Shown here: piece by piece, positions 19,261 through 28,913 of the stretch | Layout: the number at the start of each line of letters is the position of its first letter | Position numbering within the stretch: position 1 is the first letter of the stretch | Origin: an uncultured Gammaproteobacteria bacterium | Lineage (GTDB): Bacteria; Patescibacteriota; Microgenomatia; UBA8517 | DNA: 64,000 bases | Direction: 5' to 3' | Assembly (NCBI GenBank): GCA_964587425.1 | Contig: CAZPLB010000004.1 | Location: 3,197-67,196 of the forward strand | Position numbers and translations under genes: made by a program | Notes under the pieces: model-generated | Database searches by the model: none | Told to the model about the DNA's origin: nothing | The model's input: the letters and a program-made list of their open reading frames with translations, nothing else

Positions 19261-19884
19261 GTGTCTATTATTACTTCTATAAAACAACAAAAGAAAAAAG
19301 ATAGAGTTAATGTTTACCTTGATGGAAAGTTTGGTTTTGGTATTGACCTTGAAAACTTTGTGAAGTTAAAGTTAAAAGTAGAACAAGAATTAGATGAAAA
19401 TGAAATTGGTGAGATAGTTAAAAAAGCTGAGTTTCAAAAAACTTTAGAAAAACTTTTGAGGTTTGCAATGGTTCGTCCACGAAGCAGGAAAGAAATTAAG
19501 GATTGGATGAGACGAAAAGAAGTGTCAACTTCTCTTCACACTGATCTTTTTGAAAAACTCAAACATTTTGAATTAATTGATGATAATAAATTTGCAAAAT
19601 GGTGGGTGGAACAGAGGCAGACATTTCGACCCAAATCTAAAAGGGTCTTAGTGCAGGAATTGAAGATTAAAGGGATTGGTGAGGATGTGATCTCTGATAC
19701 CTTTTCAGAGGTTAGTATGGATGAGGATGGAACTGCTTTTAAGTTACTTAGTAAAAAGATATACAGGTGGGAGAAATTGGATAGAGTAAGTCAAAAACAG
19801 AAAATGTATGAGTATTTGGGAAGGTTAGGGTTTAACTTTGATACTATTAAATCTGTAGTGGCAAAAACTCTCGAAAAAGGGTAA
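19261..19884 (+). CDS. recX: recombination regulator RecX
   Basis: ...VNVYLDGKFGFGIDLE... and helical repeats follow recA. It starts at a GTG. Confidence 0.75.
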   Translation: MSIITSIKQQKKKDRVNVYLDGKFGFGIDLENFVKLKLKVEQELDENEIGEIVKKAEFQKTLEKLLRFAMVRPRSRKEIKDWMRRKEVSTSLHTDLFEKLKHFELIDDNKFAKWWVEQRQTFRPKSKRVLVQELKIKGIGEDVISDTFSEVSMDEDGTAFKLLSKKIYRWEKLDRVSQKQKMYEYLGRLGFNFDTIKSVVAKTLEKG

Positions 19885-19898
19885 AATAGGACTTCAAC

Positions 19899-21062
19899 AT
19901 GGCAAAAAGTGATGATTATGTGAAGAAATTAGAGAAGGTTTCTGGGATGACACAAGAGGAGGCAAAGAAGGCTCTTCTTGATGAAGTACAGAAAGATTTA
20001 ACTTCTGAAATTGCAAAAAAGATTAGACAAGCAGAAGAGAGAATAAAGCTTGAAGCTAATGAAAAAGCAAGGGAAATATTAATCGATGCAATGAAACACG
20101 GCGCTACTACATACAGTGCTGAATTTACTATTTCTACAGTTGCTGTTCCATCTGAGGAGGTTAAGGGAAGAATCATAGGTCGAGAAGGACGTAACATTCG
20201 AACATTCGAAAAAGAGACTGGAGTTGAAATTGAAATTGATGAAGCAAACATAATTCGCTTGTCTTCTTTTGATTCAATTAGGCGAGAAATTGCAAGGCGT
20301 GCACTTGAAATGTTGATTAAAGATACGAGGATTCAGCCATCTCGAATTGAGGAAGTGGTGAAGCAAGTTAGAAGCAGCATGGAGGATGTTCTAATTGAAG
20401 AAGGTAAAAAGATCTGTGCAGAATGTGGTGTATTTAACCTTCCACTTGAACTAGTTAAACTTATAGGACGCTATAGATTTAGAACTTCTTATGGACAAAA
20501 TCTCGGAATTCATACAATTGAAGAGACTAAGATTGGTGTTTCTATTGCTCAGGAACTTGGAGCTGATGTTGAGGTTGTTCGAATGGGATGTTTACTACAC
20601 GATATTGGAAAGGTTGTTACTGAAGAGGAAGGAACACACGTACAAGTTGGAGTATCTGTTTTAAAGCGACTTGGCATGCCAAAGGGAGTAGTTAATGCTG
20701 TAGCTGAGCATCATGAAGACAAACCATTTTCAGCGATTGAATCAGTAATTGTTTGGACGGCTGATGCGATTTCAGGGTCACGACCTGGAGCACGTTACGA
20801 ACCACATGAAGAATATGTAAAAAGAATGACTAAGATTGAGGAAGTTGCAGGGAGATTCCCTGGAGTTACTTCAGCAATTGCATTCCAAGCAGGTCGGGAT
20901 GTTCGAGTTGTAGTTAATCCAGAAGAAGTGGATGATGATAGATTAACAATAATTGCTCATGATATTGCAAAGGAACTTGAAAAAGAAGCCAGTTATGCAG
21001 GACAGATCAAAGTAACTGTGATTCGTGAAACCAGAGCAACGGACACAACGGCGGCTCATTGA
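19899..21062 (+). CDS. rny: ribonuclease Y-like (KH + HD domains), N-terminally short
   Basis: A KH motif (VKGRIIGREGRNIRTFEKETGVEIEID) and an HD motif (LLHDIGK...EHHED) are present, but the usual N-terminal TM and coiled-coil region is reduced. Confidence 0.8.
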   Translation: MAKSDDYVKKLEKVSGMTQEEAKKALLDEVQKDLTSEIAKKIRQAEERIKLEANEKAREILIDAMKHGATTYSAEFTISTVAVPSEEVKGRIIGREGRNIRTFEKETGVEIEIDEANIIRLSSFDSIRREIARRALEMLIKDTRIQPSRIEEVVKQVRSSMEDVLIEEGKKICAECGVFNLPLELVKLIGRYRFRTSYGQNLGIHTIEETKIGVSIAQELGADVEVVRMGCLLHDIGKVVTEEEGTHVQVGVSVLKRLGMPKGVVNAVAEHHEDKPFSAIESVIVWTADAISGSRPGARYEPHEEYVKRMTKIEEVAGRFPGVTSAIAFQAGRDVRVVVNPEEVDDDRLTIIAHDIAKELEKEASYAGQIKVTVIRETRATDTTAAH

Positions 21063-21103
21063 CTTTAGGTTCATTTTAATTTAATCTAAACCCAATTTAC
21101 AAC

Positions 21104-21379
21104 ATGACACAAAAAGATTTAGTTGATTTGGTTAGTCGGAAGGCACATATTACAAAAAAAGGTGCAAACGAGGCAGTCGAAGTTTTTTTGGATGAGATTG
21201 GACGCATATTGGCTAAGGGGGAGAAAGTGGTTCTTAGCGGGTTTGGAACTTTCAGAGTTATATCAATGAAAGGTAAAACTGTAAAGATTCCAAAGACTGA
21301 AAAGTTTGTAACAATTAAATCACACAGGTCTCCAAGATTTACTCCAGGAAAGAGATTAAAGAAACAAGTAAGTAGATAA
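21104..21379 (+). CDS. hup: DNA-binding protein HU
   Basis: The 91-aa protein has HU/IHF-fold sequence (...GFGTFRV...RSPRFTPGK). Confidence 0.9.
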   Translation: MTQKDLVDLVSRKAHITKKGANEAVEVFLDEIGRILAKGEKVVLSGFGTFRVISMKGKTVKIPKTEKFVTIKSHRSPRFTPGKRLKKQVSR

Positions 21380-21408
21380 GGTTTTTTTTTGCTATACTTA
21401 AATAGATT

Positions 21409-23286
21409 ATGAAACGGCTTTGTTTTTTGCTATTTTTGCTTGTGTTTTCAGTGTTTTTTTACCTTGCTATCCCAGTAGCTAACATCCAAGCATATTACAC
21501 CAATATGCCAGCAAGTGTGGTTATTGGCCAGCCCGATTTTGTTTCCGGTTTAGCCAATCAAGGTGGAAGTGTAGGATCTAATACACTTAATACACCTGGT
21601 TATTTCGCAAATGTACTGAATGGGAAACTTATAATTCCAGATCAGCTCAATAATCGTATTCTAATTTGGAATTCTATTCCTACAAGAAATAATTCGTCTG
21701 CAAACATTGTCATTGGTCAACCAGATTTCGTAAGTAGCAGTGCTAACCAAGGTGGTGGAACAACTGCTGCAGCAAACACAATGAATACTCCTGTAGGAGT
21801 ATTTTCTGATGGAAATAAACTTTTTGTTGCTGACAATACAAATAATAGAATATTGATTTACAATTCCACTCCGACCACAAACAATGCCTCTGCAGATGTT
21901 GTTATAGGACAGTCTAATTTTTCTGCAAGTACTGCTAATCAGGGAGGGACTCGCGCGGCCAATACTCTTAATCGCCCAGAGGAAATAATAGAAGTTGGAA
22001 ACAAATTGATAATTTCCGACTTCTCAAATAACCGTGTTCTCATTTGGAACTCCATCCCTACGACAAACAATGCTTCTGCAGATGTTGTTATTGGGCAAAC
22101 AGACTTTTCTGGTGGGTCAATTAACCAAGGTGGTAATGCTGGAGCTAACACACTTAATAGGCCGAGTGGTTTAGCTAGTGATGGTACAAGACTCTTTATT
22201 GTTGATACACAAAACAACCGTGTACTTATCTATAATTCCATACCTACAACAAACAATGCCTCTGCAGATGTGGTAATAGGTCAACCAAACTTTACAAGCA
22301 ATAGCGCCAATCAGGGCGGATCTGCTTCTGCAAACACTTTTAATGTTCCAGCATCAATTTTTTTAGATAATAAAAATCGTATATATATTAGTGACTATGT
22401 CAACAATCGTCTTATGATTTACAACTCCATTCCAAGTAACAATAATATACCTGCAGATATAGTTTTAGGTCAACCAGACTTTATAACTACCTCATCAGGA
22501 ACAACAACCAATAAAATGAATCCGCCTTTTGGAGTGGCAATTGATTCATCAACAGGTAAACTGATTGTTTCCGACAGAACAAACCACCGCATCCTCATAT
22601 TCCCTAACACCATAGACACACCTCAATTAAGTATTACCACTCCTCTTGAAACTGTAAACAACACAACTCTCAGAGTAAAAGGAAGTGTCCAGTTGGGAGA
22701 TAGACCAAACTACTCTATGCAGTGGGTAAAGTCAGAGATTAACGGTAATGGTCTTGGTAATGTAACCAGTTTGGGTGGAGGAAGAGACAATGGAACCAAT
22801 CAAACTCTGTATGACTTCGAGAATGTTTTTAATCCCACAGTAAATGGAGGAACCACCACTAACTACACAATGAAGCTAGTAGCCAGTAGTTTCAATGCAG
22901 ATACCACATCTCTTTTCTACTTTCAACCATTTACCTTTGAATATATAAGAAGAACCAATCCAACCCTACCAATAACAAAACAATCCCTCAACATCTCATT
23001 CCTTGTCAACAAACTAAATATCCAGAGAATGAAAGACAATGTTGATCATTTTGAAGTTCTCACCTCTACTGATTCAGGTAAACTCTGGAGACCTCTCACA
23101 ACAAACATATCTACAGACAAAATCAGTGAGCAGGGACAGATATATTTCACAATCTCAAACACATTACTTCCAGGTACAAAATATCAAATTAAAGTAGTAT
23201 CCATAAGTAAGGACAGTAACTGGAGGCAGGACAGTAATATACTTACTTACTTTGTTCCTCAGAAGAAGGTGGGAATAAGTCGTTAA
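21409..23286 (+). CDS. secreted NHL-repeat beta-propeller protein with a C-terminal beta-sandwich region
   Basis: It has an N-terminal signal peptide. About seven tandem ~52-aa repeats follow, of the form NNR(I/V)LI(W/Y)NSIPTTNNASADVVIGQPDF...ANQGG...NTLN.P. The C-terminal ~220 aa are non-repetitive. Confidence 0.6.
   Translation: MKRLCFLLFLLVFSVFFYLAIPVANIQAYYTNMPASVVIGQPDFVSGLANQGGSVGSNTLNTPGYFANVLNGKLIIPDQLNNRILIWNSIPTRNNSSANIVIGQPDFVSSSANQGGGTTAAANTMNTPVGVFSDGNKLFVADNTNNRILIYNSTPTTNNASADVVIGQSNFSASTANQGGTRAANTLNRPEEIIEVGNKLIISDFSNNRVLIWNSIPTTNNASADVVIGQTDFSGGSINQGGNAGANTLNRPSGLASDGTRLFIVDTQNNRVLIYNSIPTTNNASADVVIGQPNFTSNSANQGGSASANTFNVPASIFLDNKNRIYISDYVNNRLMIYNSIPSNNNIPADIVLGQPDFITTSSGTTTNKMNPPFGVAIDSSTGKLIVSDRTNHRILIFPNTIDTPQLSITTPLETVNNTTLRVKGSVQLGDRPNYSMQWVKSEINGNGLGNVTSLGGGRDNGTNQTLYDFENVFNPTVNGGTTTNYTMKLVASSFNADTTSLFYFQPFTFEYIRRTNPTLPITKQSLNISFLVNKLNIQRMKDNVDHFEVLTSTDSGKLWRPLTTNISTDKISEQGQIYFTISNTLLPGTKYQIKVVSISKDSNWRQDSNILTYFVPQKKVGISR
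21514..22609 (+). repeat. tandem ~156-bp NHL-type coding repeats, conserved at DNA level
   Basis: Near-identical segments (e.g. acaaacaatgcctctgcagatgttgtt) recur at ~21877, ~22063 and ~22245. Confidence 0.6.
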
Positions 23287-23313
23287 TTTGTAACTTCGTG
23301 ATAAAATGGTTCA

Positions 23314-24024
23314 ATGGAAAGTAAAAGAGGTAGAGAAGTTCATGCACAAGTAGAGCATACCAGAGAAGCTGGCGACTTTTGGGAATCTATAAAAATTGCT
23401 CAGGATGCAATTCGAATTTATGAGGAAGAGAAAGATTATTTAGGTCTTTCTGAAATACACGGTTCAATCTCACTCGCCTATAGGCATTTATACAGGAAGA
23501 CTTCAGAGAAAAATTTTTTAGTTTTGGCTGAGGGCGCGGCAACTGTTGGAATTGAAATTGCAAAGATAAATGGATTACTTGAAGCGGTTGCTTTACCGAC
23601 TTTTAATTTGGCAAAAGTTCAAGAAGAGTTGGGACAACTTGGTGAAGCAAGTGTAACCTATCAGGGTGCAGTAGATGCGTTTATTAAGAACCCACCAGAA
23701 TCTCACAATAGGCCTGGAGTTATTGCTGATATGAAAGTTCATCTTTATACATGTAAATATAAAGCTGGAGACAAAAGTGCTCTTGATGAAGCATTAGTTT
23801 CTTTAAAAGAACTTGAAGAATCTGATGAGAAGACCGTTTCAAAATATAATTATGATGTTTGGCTATCTGGAGGACACATGAGAATTGCTGAAATGTTGGA
23901 AAAAGATGATCTGGGAAAAGCAAAGGAACATTTGGAAGAAGCTAAAGTGATAATTTTTTCTAACCCAGAACTCAAAATTAGAAAAGAACAGTGGGAAGAA
24001 TTGGCTAAGACTTTCAATGCGTAA
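23314..24024 (+). CDS. hypothetical helical protein
   Basis: A 236-aa ORF. No motif was recognised. Confidence 0.4.
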   Translation: MESKRGREVHAQVEHTREAGDFWESIKIAQDAIRIYEEEKDYLGLSEIHGSISLAYRHLYRKTSEKNFLVLAEGAATVGIEIAKINGLLEAVALPTFNLAKVQEELGQLGEASVTYQGAVDAFIKNPPESHNRPGVIADMKVHLYTCKYKAGDKSALDEALVSLKELEESDEKTVSKYNYDVWLSGGHMRIAEMLEKDDLGKAKEHLEEAKVIIFSNPELKIRKEQWEELAKTFNA

Positions 24025-24886
24025 ACTTCTTGTAATCTGTGGGCCTACTGCTACAGGGAAAACAACACTTGCTCTTCACTTGGCTAAAAAATTTGACGGC
24101 GAAGTAATTTCTGCTGATAGTAGGCAAGTGTATAAACATATGAGAATTGGGACGGGGAGAGGTAATGAAAAAATCCTAGGATATGATTTAGTAAATCCAA
24201 ATGAAGAATTTAGTGTTAGCCAATACTTGGATTTTGCAAACAAAGCAGTTCAAGAAATTTACCTAGAGGGTAAGTTGCCTATTCTGGTTGGAGGGACAGG
24301 ACTTTATATAAAGGCAGTTGTTGATGGAATTGATACAGCTCTTATTCCACAAAACAAAGGATTAAGGGAAAAATTGTTCCAGAAAAATGTTAATGAACTT
24401 TTTCAAATTTTAAAGAAAATTGATTCTGGGAAAGTGGACTCAATGAATGAGTCTGACAAAAAAAACCCAAGAAGATTAATAAGGGCGATTGAAATTGCAA
24501 ATGATAGATCTCTTATTTTTGATAAACATCCCCAATCACAATATGACACACTTTTTATTGGACTTAGTGCACCAAAAGAAACTTTGAAAGAAAGAATTGA
24601 AAAAAATGTTGATGAAAGAATCAAAAATGATTTTGAAAAAGAAATTGAGTATTTGAAAAAGAATGGTTTTTGGGAAGGTGTGCCAAGAGTTACTTTGGGG
24701 TATAAAGATTGGCCTGATATTGAAAGATGGAAACTTGAGGAATTTCAGTATGCAAAGCGGCAGATAACATGGTTTAAAGCGAATAAGCGCATTAATTGGT
24801 TTGATATAACAAAGTTGGGATACCAAGAAAAGGTGGAGAAATTGGTAAAAAAATGGTACATTAAGGCAAATGCCAAGAAAAATTGA
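24017..24886 (+). CDS. miaA: tRNA dimethylallyltransferase
   Basis: The P-loop ICGPTATGKT and the DSRQVYK...LVGGTGLY motifs are present. Confidence 0.9.
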   Translation: MRKLLVICGPTATGKTTLALHLAKKFDGEVISADSRQVYKHMRIGTGRGNEKILGYDLVNPNEEFSVSQYLDFANKAVQEIYLEGKLPILVGGTGLYIKAVVDGIDTALIPQNKGLREKLFQKNVNELFQILKKIDSGKVDSMNESDKKNPRRLIRAIEIANDRSLIFDKHPQSQYDTLFIGLSAPKETLKERIEKNVDERIKNDFEKEIEYLKKNGFWEGVPRVTLGYKDWPDIERWKLEEFQYAKRQITWFKANKRINWFDITKLGYQEKVEKLVKKWYIKANAKKN

Positions 24887-25853
24887 GATATCACACCGGA
24901 CTATTGTTTTTACTTTCTTTTTGTTTGGATTGGTTTGGTTTTTGTATCAAATCAGGGATTTAATTCTTATTCTTTTTGTTGCTCTTCTTTTGGTTACAAT
25001 TTTAAACCCTTTAATTAAAAAGCTTTCCAGATTAAAAATTCCAAGAGGGGTTTCTATTTTGATTGTTTATCTTCTTTTTATTGTTTTGACGGTTTTGACA
25101 ATTGCAAGCATTGTTCCAGTTCTTGTTGTTCAGACTTCAAATTTTGCAACAGGACTCCCAGCGTACTTCGAAAGCTTAAATGTTGGTTCTGTTTTGGGGC
25201 CTAATGTTTCAAATCAAATTGTTTCACAGTTGGGTAGTATCCCAGGAGAGATAGTGCAACTTATTGTTTCAATTTTTTCAAATTTACTGTCAATTTTAAC
25301 TGTTCTTACTTTTGCTTTTTACCTACTCTTGGTTCGCAATAAATTGGATACTCAGTTATCAACTTTCTTGGGAGATGAAAAAGCAGGTCGGGTTGTTAAG
25401 TTTGTTGATGAACTCGAGGTAAAACTTGGTGGATGGGCAAGAGGACAACTTTTTTTGATGTTAACCGTTGGAGTATTGGATTACCTTGGAATGAAACTTT
25501 TGGGTGTTCCTTATGCCCTGCCTCTTGGAATTTTGGCAGGACTTCTTGAGGTTGTTCCATATATTGGGCCAGTTTTGGCTGCTATTCCAGCTATTATTAT
25601 TGGATTTGGAGTAATGCCTGTGGTTGGTATTGCTACAGCTGTGGTTGCGTTTTTGATTCAACAGATTGAAAACTACATTCTTGTTCCAAAAATAATGGAG
25701 AGATCTGTTGGTGTTTCCCCGATTATTGTTTTACTTGCATTAAGTATTGGTTTTCGTATGGCTGGAATTGCTGGAATTTTAATTTCGATTCCTGTTGTTA
25801 TTACTCTTCGAGTATTGGCCGGACAGAAATTCCTAAAGCTATCCAAAATATAA
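24870..25853 (+). CDS. AI-2E family (UPF0118/PerM) transporter
   Basis: An 8-TM protein with the conserved LLEVVPYIGPVLAAIPA segment. Confidence 0.8.
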   Translation: MPRKIEISHRTIVFTFFLFGLVWFLYQIRDLILILFVALLLVTILNPLIKKLSRLKIPRGVSILIVYLLFIVLTVLTIASIVPVLVVQTSNFATGLPAYFESLNVGSVLGPNVSNQIVSQLGSIPGEIVQLIVSIFSNLLSILTVLTFAFYLLLVRNKLDTQLSTFLGDEKAGRVVKFVDELEVKLGGWARGQLFLMLTVGVLDYLGMKLLGVPYALPLGILAGLLEVVPYIGPVLAAIPAIIIGFGVMPVVGIATAVVAFLIQQIENYILVPKIMERSVGVSPIIVLLALSIGFRMAGIAGILISIPVVITLRVLAGQKFLKLSKI

Positions 25854-27015
25854 TTTCTTCAGCTGACGAGATGATATTGGTCTGTGAGTGCATTATAAAT
25901 AAAAGGAATACCAGAAAGAAGTATTTGTCTTTTTTGTAAAGAAGTTTGCCCCCACGAATAATAACTGCGAGATATAGGATTAATCCAAATATTCCAGTTG
26001 TTGTCGCAATTTCTATAATTGTTGAATGGGGTTTGTCCACATATACATCATTTCCAAGCTTTATCGGCCAGTCAATTGATGTGAAGAGGTAGTCAAAATT
26101 TGCCCATCCCCAACCAAGGAGTGGCTTTTCTCGAAAACCAATGAGTGCTTTGGCGAAGATTCTTGTTCTGCCTTCAGCTGTAATTCTATCCGGTACTATA
26201 TGACTTTTAAATTGCTGGAGGAAGAATACAGTACCTACTGCGAAGGTAATTAAGGAGACAGCTATTATGATTTTTTTGTACCTATTTTTTTGGAGAATGG
26301 CAAAAGCTATGAAAAAAATAGGTATTCCCAGGATTGATGCTCTAGAGTTAGTCAGTAATATTGATAAAATTTGGAGGATCAGGGAGACTATCCAGGCAAG
26401 CTTTAGTTTATTTCTTGAGTTTACTATTTGAAAAAGGGTTAGCGGCATTGCGACAAGAAGGTACCCTCCTAGGAAGTTTGGTTGGCCAAAGGTTCCACCT
26501 ATGGCACCCTCAAAATTTATGATGTTTTGGTGAAGTACGAAGAATCTTAATGCGTCTGTTAGTGCCCAAATTGCTGCAAGCGTACTTCCCAGGGCAATTG
26601 AGGCTGAGAGTACTTTTTTCCAGCTATTTTGACCAAGAAGGGCGATTAGGTAAAAAAGGAGGAGAAAGTGACCAAAAGTTATGAGGCCATCACTCCTATA
26701 GTAGTTGCCTGTGAGACTTTTAACAAAGTTACTGCCTGTGAGGGCGGTTATAATTGCTACTACAAAAAGGAGGTTAACTGAGATTAGCAGTTTTGTATCA
26801 ATTTTTCCTTTTTTTATTTTAAGAAGATTTATAATCCCAATGACTGCAAGTACTTCAATTAGGCGCATTATGAACCAAACTCTTGGTACTTCGTAGGGAA
26901 CTGGTGCAGTAGGCCAAAAGATTAGCGGAGACAAGATAAGTCCCAACGAAAGAATTGTCAGAAAAGCCCCTGTTTTCTTGATTATTTTGATATAGTCTGA
27001 TACAATACCGGTCAC
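25801..27015 (-). CDS. O-antigen ligase-like (Wzy_C) polytopic membrane protein
   Basis: About 10 TM helices with a TNSRASILG loop motif characteristic of the Wzy_C/WaaL family. Confidence 0.55.
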   Translation of the reverse strand: MTGIVSDYIKIIKKTGAFLTILSLGLILSPLIFWPTAPVPYEVPRVWFIMRLIEVLAVIGIINLLKIKKGKIDTKLLISVNLLFVVAIITALTGSNFVKSLTGNYYRSDGLITFGHFLLLFYLIALLGQNSWKKVLSASIALGSTLAAIWALTDALRFFVLHQNIINFEGAIGGTFGQPNFLGGYLLVAMPLTLFQIVNSRNKLKLAWIVSLILQILSILLTNSRASILGIPIFFIAFAILQKNRYKKIIIAVSLITFAVGTVFFLQQFKSHIVPDRITAEGRTRIFAKALIGFREKPLLGWGWANFDYLFTSIDWPIKLGNDVYVDKPHSTIIEIATTTGIFGLILYLAVIIRGGKLLYKKDKYFFLVFLLFIMHSQTNIISSAEEIIFWIALGISVRPILEE

Positions 27016-27022
27016 AGTTTAA

Positions 27023-28009
27023 TTGTATATGATTAATGACTTTGTGACAAAATTTAAGATAGTGAGTTTTAGCCAGAAGCTGTTTTTGGCTTCATTTGTG
27101 GCTGTTTTTGGCTTAGTGACAACTACATTGGTTTTGGGACTTCCAGTTTTTTCATCTTTTTATCCTGTAACTGCTCCTATTACACCACCTGTAACATCAC
27201 CAGTTACGCCACCTAACCCAACTATTACTCCTACAACTAAACCTACTTTTCAGGCTACACCTACACCTGTTGCGACTCCAACGTCTACACCTATAGTTCC
27301 TACACCAACTTCTACACCAGTACCTACTATTCAGCCTACATTGACGCCAGCGCCTACCAATGTACCCACAGCAACACCGACACCTACATCTACTCCCTCA
27401 GCTACTCCAACACCATTTGTGCCTACACCTACACCTGTTGTGCCTACGGCTACACCAATAGCTACTTCTACACCAACTGCAACTCCTACACCAACACCAC
27501 CTGTTGTCTCAAATTATTTGATTAACGGTTCATTTGAGGCTGATTTGGATAGGAATTCAATGCCTGATTCATGGAGGAGAACATTGGGAACAAATTATAT
27601 GCTTGATGTACGCACAAATGCATATGCATTTGGTGGGGCATTTTCATTTAAGTTTGTTGGTGACGTGACTACTAGCAAATATGTTTACCAGAAGGTTGGG
27701 CAATCTTTTGGCGCTGGCCAAACCTTCTACCTTTCAAGCTGGGTGAAAGCTGTTAGTACAAATACAACTGGACTTATTCAGACTAAAGCAGTGGTTACAT
27801 ATAAAGATGGGACAATTGGGACTTTTGTAAGCAATTTCCCAAGAGGTGGAAGCTATAACTGGACTAATAGAACTATATCTTTTACTTTGCCAAAGAGCTC
27901 TGCCTACATTACAGTTTATTCAGGGATTGTGAAGCAGTCTGGAAGGGTCTATTTTGATAGCATAGTACTTGCAAGTACGCTTCCAACACCTACTCCTTCT
28001 CTACCTTAA
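27023..28009 (+). CDS. cell-surface protein: N-terminal TM anchor, Pro/Thr-rich linker, C-terminal CBM4/9-like carbohydrate-binding domain
   Basis: The linker is PT-rich (PVTSPVTPPNPTITPTTKPT...TPTPTPPV). The C-terminus (NGSFEADLD...W...) resembles CBM_4_9. Confidence 0.55.
   Translation: MYMINDFVTKFKIVSFSQKLFLASFVAVFGLVTTTLVLGLPVFSSFYPVTAPITPPVTSPVTPPNPTITPTTKPTFQATPTPVATPTSTPIVPTPTSTPVPTIQPTLTPAPTNVPTATPTPTSTPSATPTPFVPTPTPVVPTATPIATSTPTATPTPTPPVVSNYLINGSFEADLDRNSMPDSWRRTLGTNYMLDVRTNAYAFGGAFSFKFVGDVTTSKYVYQKVGQSFGAGQTFYLSSWVKAVSTNTTGLIQTKAVVTYKDGTIGTFVSNFPRGGSYNWTNRTISFTLPKSSAYITVYSGIVKQSGRVYFDSIVLASTLPTPTPSLP
27161..27510 (+). repeat. Pro/Thr-rich low-complexity coding repeat
   Basis: Run of (T/P)-P-T-(P/S)-T triplets visible in the translation and the acn-cct-acn DNA periodicity. 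Confidence 0.7.
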
Positions 28010-28046
28010 TTTAGCATCTAAAAGTGAGCCTGAAGTTGGCTAATTA

Positions 28047-28055
28047 TGGTATAAT
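28047..28055 (+). promoter_or_regulatory. extended -10 promoter element (TGgTATAAT) for rnpB
   Basis: TGgTATAAT lies 6-7 nt upstream of the predicted P1 start of the RNase P RNA. Confidence 0.5.
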
Positions 28056-28059
28056 GGTC

Positions 28060-28365
28060 TTGCTCTGGAGGAAGGATGATTACTGCGTTTGGGGCAACTT
28101 AGGCGTAGAGGAAAGTCCAGGCAGCAGAAAGCAGGGTGTCCCAGTTAAAGTGGGAACACGAGCCCGAAAGGGCGAGTGCTAGTTTAGAGCCACAGAGACG
28201 AGTCTTTTGTTTCTCTAAAGGAAACAAAGGGGTGAAACGAAGCAATCCTTCCCGCTGCAACCTCCGAATGGTCCGTTTGAGGCGCTTTCCCGAGGACCGA
28301 AGATTGAGGGCTAAGACAGATGATCATCTGAAACAGAACCTGGCTTACTACCCTTCAGAGCATTT
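28060..28365 (+). ncRNA. rnpB: RNase P RNA, bacterial type A, compact
   Basis: The P4 5' strand GGAGGAAAGTCCAGGC and 3' strand ACAGAACCTGGCTTAC, together with AGGGTG and GGTGAAAC, are universally conserved RNase P elements. The P1 pairing tgctctgga/ttcagagca closes the molecule. Confidence 0.85.
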
Positions 28366-28372
28366 ATAGATT

Positions 28373-28402
28373 GGGCTCACGCAAAACGTGAGCCCTTCTT
28401 CT
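28373..28402 (+). terminator. rho-independent terminator after rnpB
   Basis: GGGCTCACG-caaaa-CGTGAGCCC is followed by TTCTTCTT. Confidence 0.75.
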
Positions 28403-28411
28403 TGGTATAAT
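28403..28411 (+). promoter_or_regulatory. extended -10 promoter (TGgTATAAT) for dtd; probably a leaderless transcript
   Basis: TGGTATAAT ends 6 nt before the ATG at 28418. Confidence 0.45.
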
Positions 28412-28417
28412 ACCCTC

Positions 28418-28861
28418 ATGCGTTTAGTCATTCAGAGAGTAAATAGGGCAAAAGTAACAGTTCATGGAACACGTCGGGTAGTGGGTGAAATTGGGAAAGG
28501 GCTGTTTGTTTTGGTAGGGATTAAAAAAGGAGACAGTGTAAAGCAAGCTGAAACTCTGGCTCACAAATTAGTGAAACTTAGAGTAATGGCTGACTCCGAT
28601 GACAAAATGAATTTATCTGTTCTTGATGCAAAAGCTTCCATTTTGGCAGTTTCTCAATTTACTTTATATGCAGATACAACTGGTGGAAATAGACCGAGCT
28701 TTATTGATGCAGAACTTCCAGAAAAAGCTAGGGAAATTTACAATTTTTTTGTAGAAAAAGTAAGAGAATTGGGTGTGAAAACTGAGATGGGAAGTTTTGG
28801 CAGCTATATGAAAATTGAAGCAGAGTTGGATGGTCCAGTTACAATCACTCTTGAATATTAA
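28418..28861 (+). CDS. dtd: D-aminoacyl-tRNA deacylase
   Basis: MRLVIQRVNRAKVTV..., SQFTLY and GPVTITLE are DTD motifs. The start was moved to the internal ATG that gives the conserved N-terminus. Confidence 0.9.
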   Translation: MRLVIQRVNRAKVTVHGTRRVVGEIGKGLFVLVGIKKGDSVKQAETLAHKLVKLRVMADSDDKMNLSVLDAKASILAVSQFTLYADTTGGNRPSFIDAELPEKAREIYNFFVEKVRELGVKTEMGSFGSYMKIEAELDGPVTITLEY

Positions 28862-28913
28862 ACAGCTTTTTAATTGACCCCAAATAGTTGTTGTAAAAGA
28901 TTGGATTAATTTG

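Noticed and set aside
28036-28041. TTGGCT as a -35 hexamer for rnpB
   Set aside because: The spacer to the -10 is only ~8 nt. The promoter call rests on the extended -10 alone.
28136-28369. 77-aa plus-strand ORF (MSQLKWEHEPERASASLEPQRR...)
   Set aside because: It lies entirely within the RNase P RNA gene, whose P4 and other universal elements are unmistakable. The ORF is an artefact of GC-rich structured RNA.
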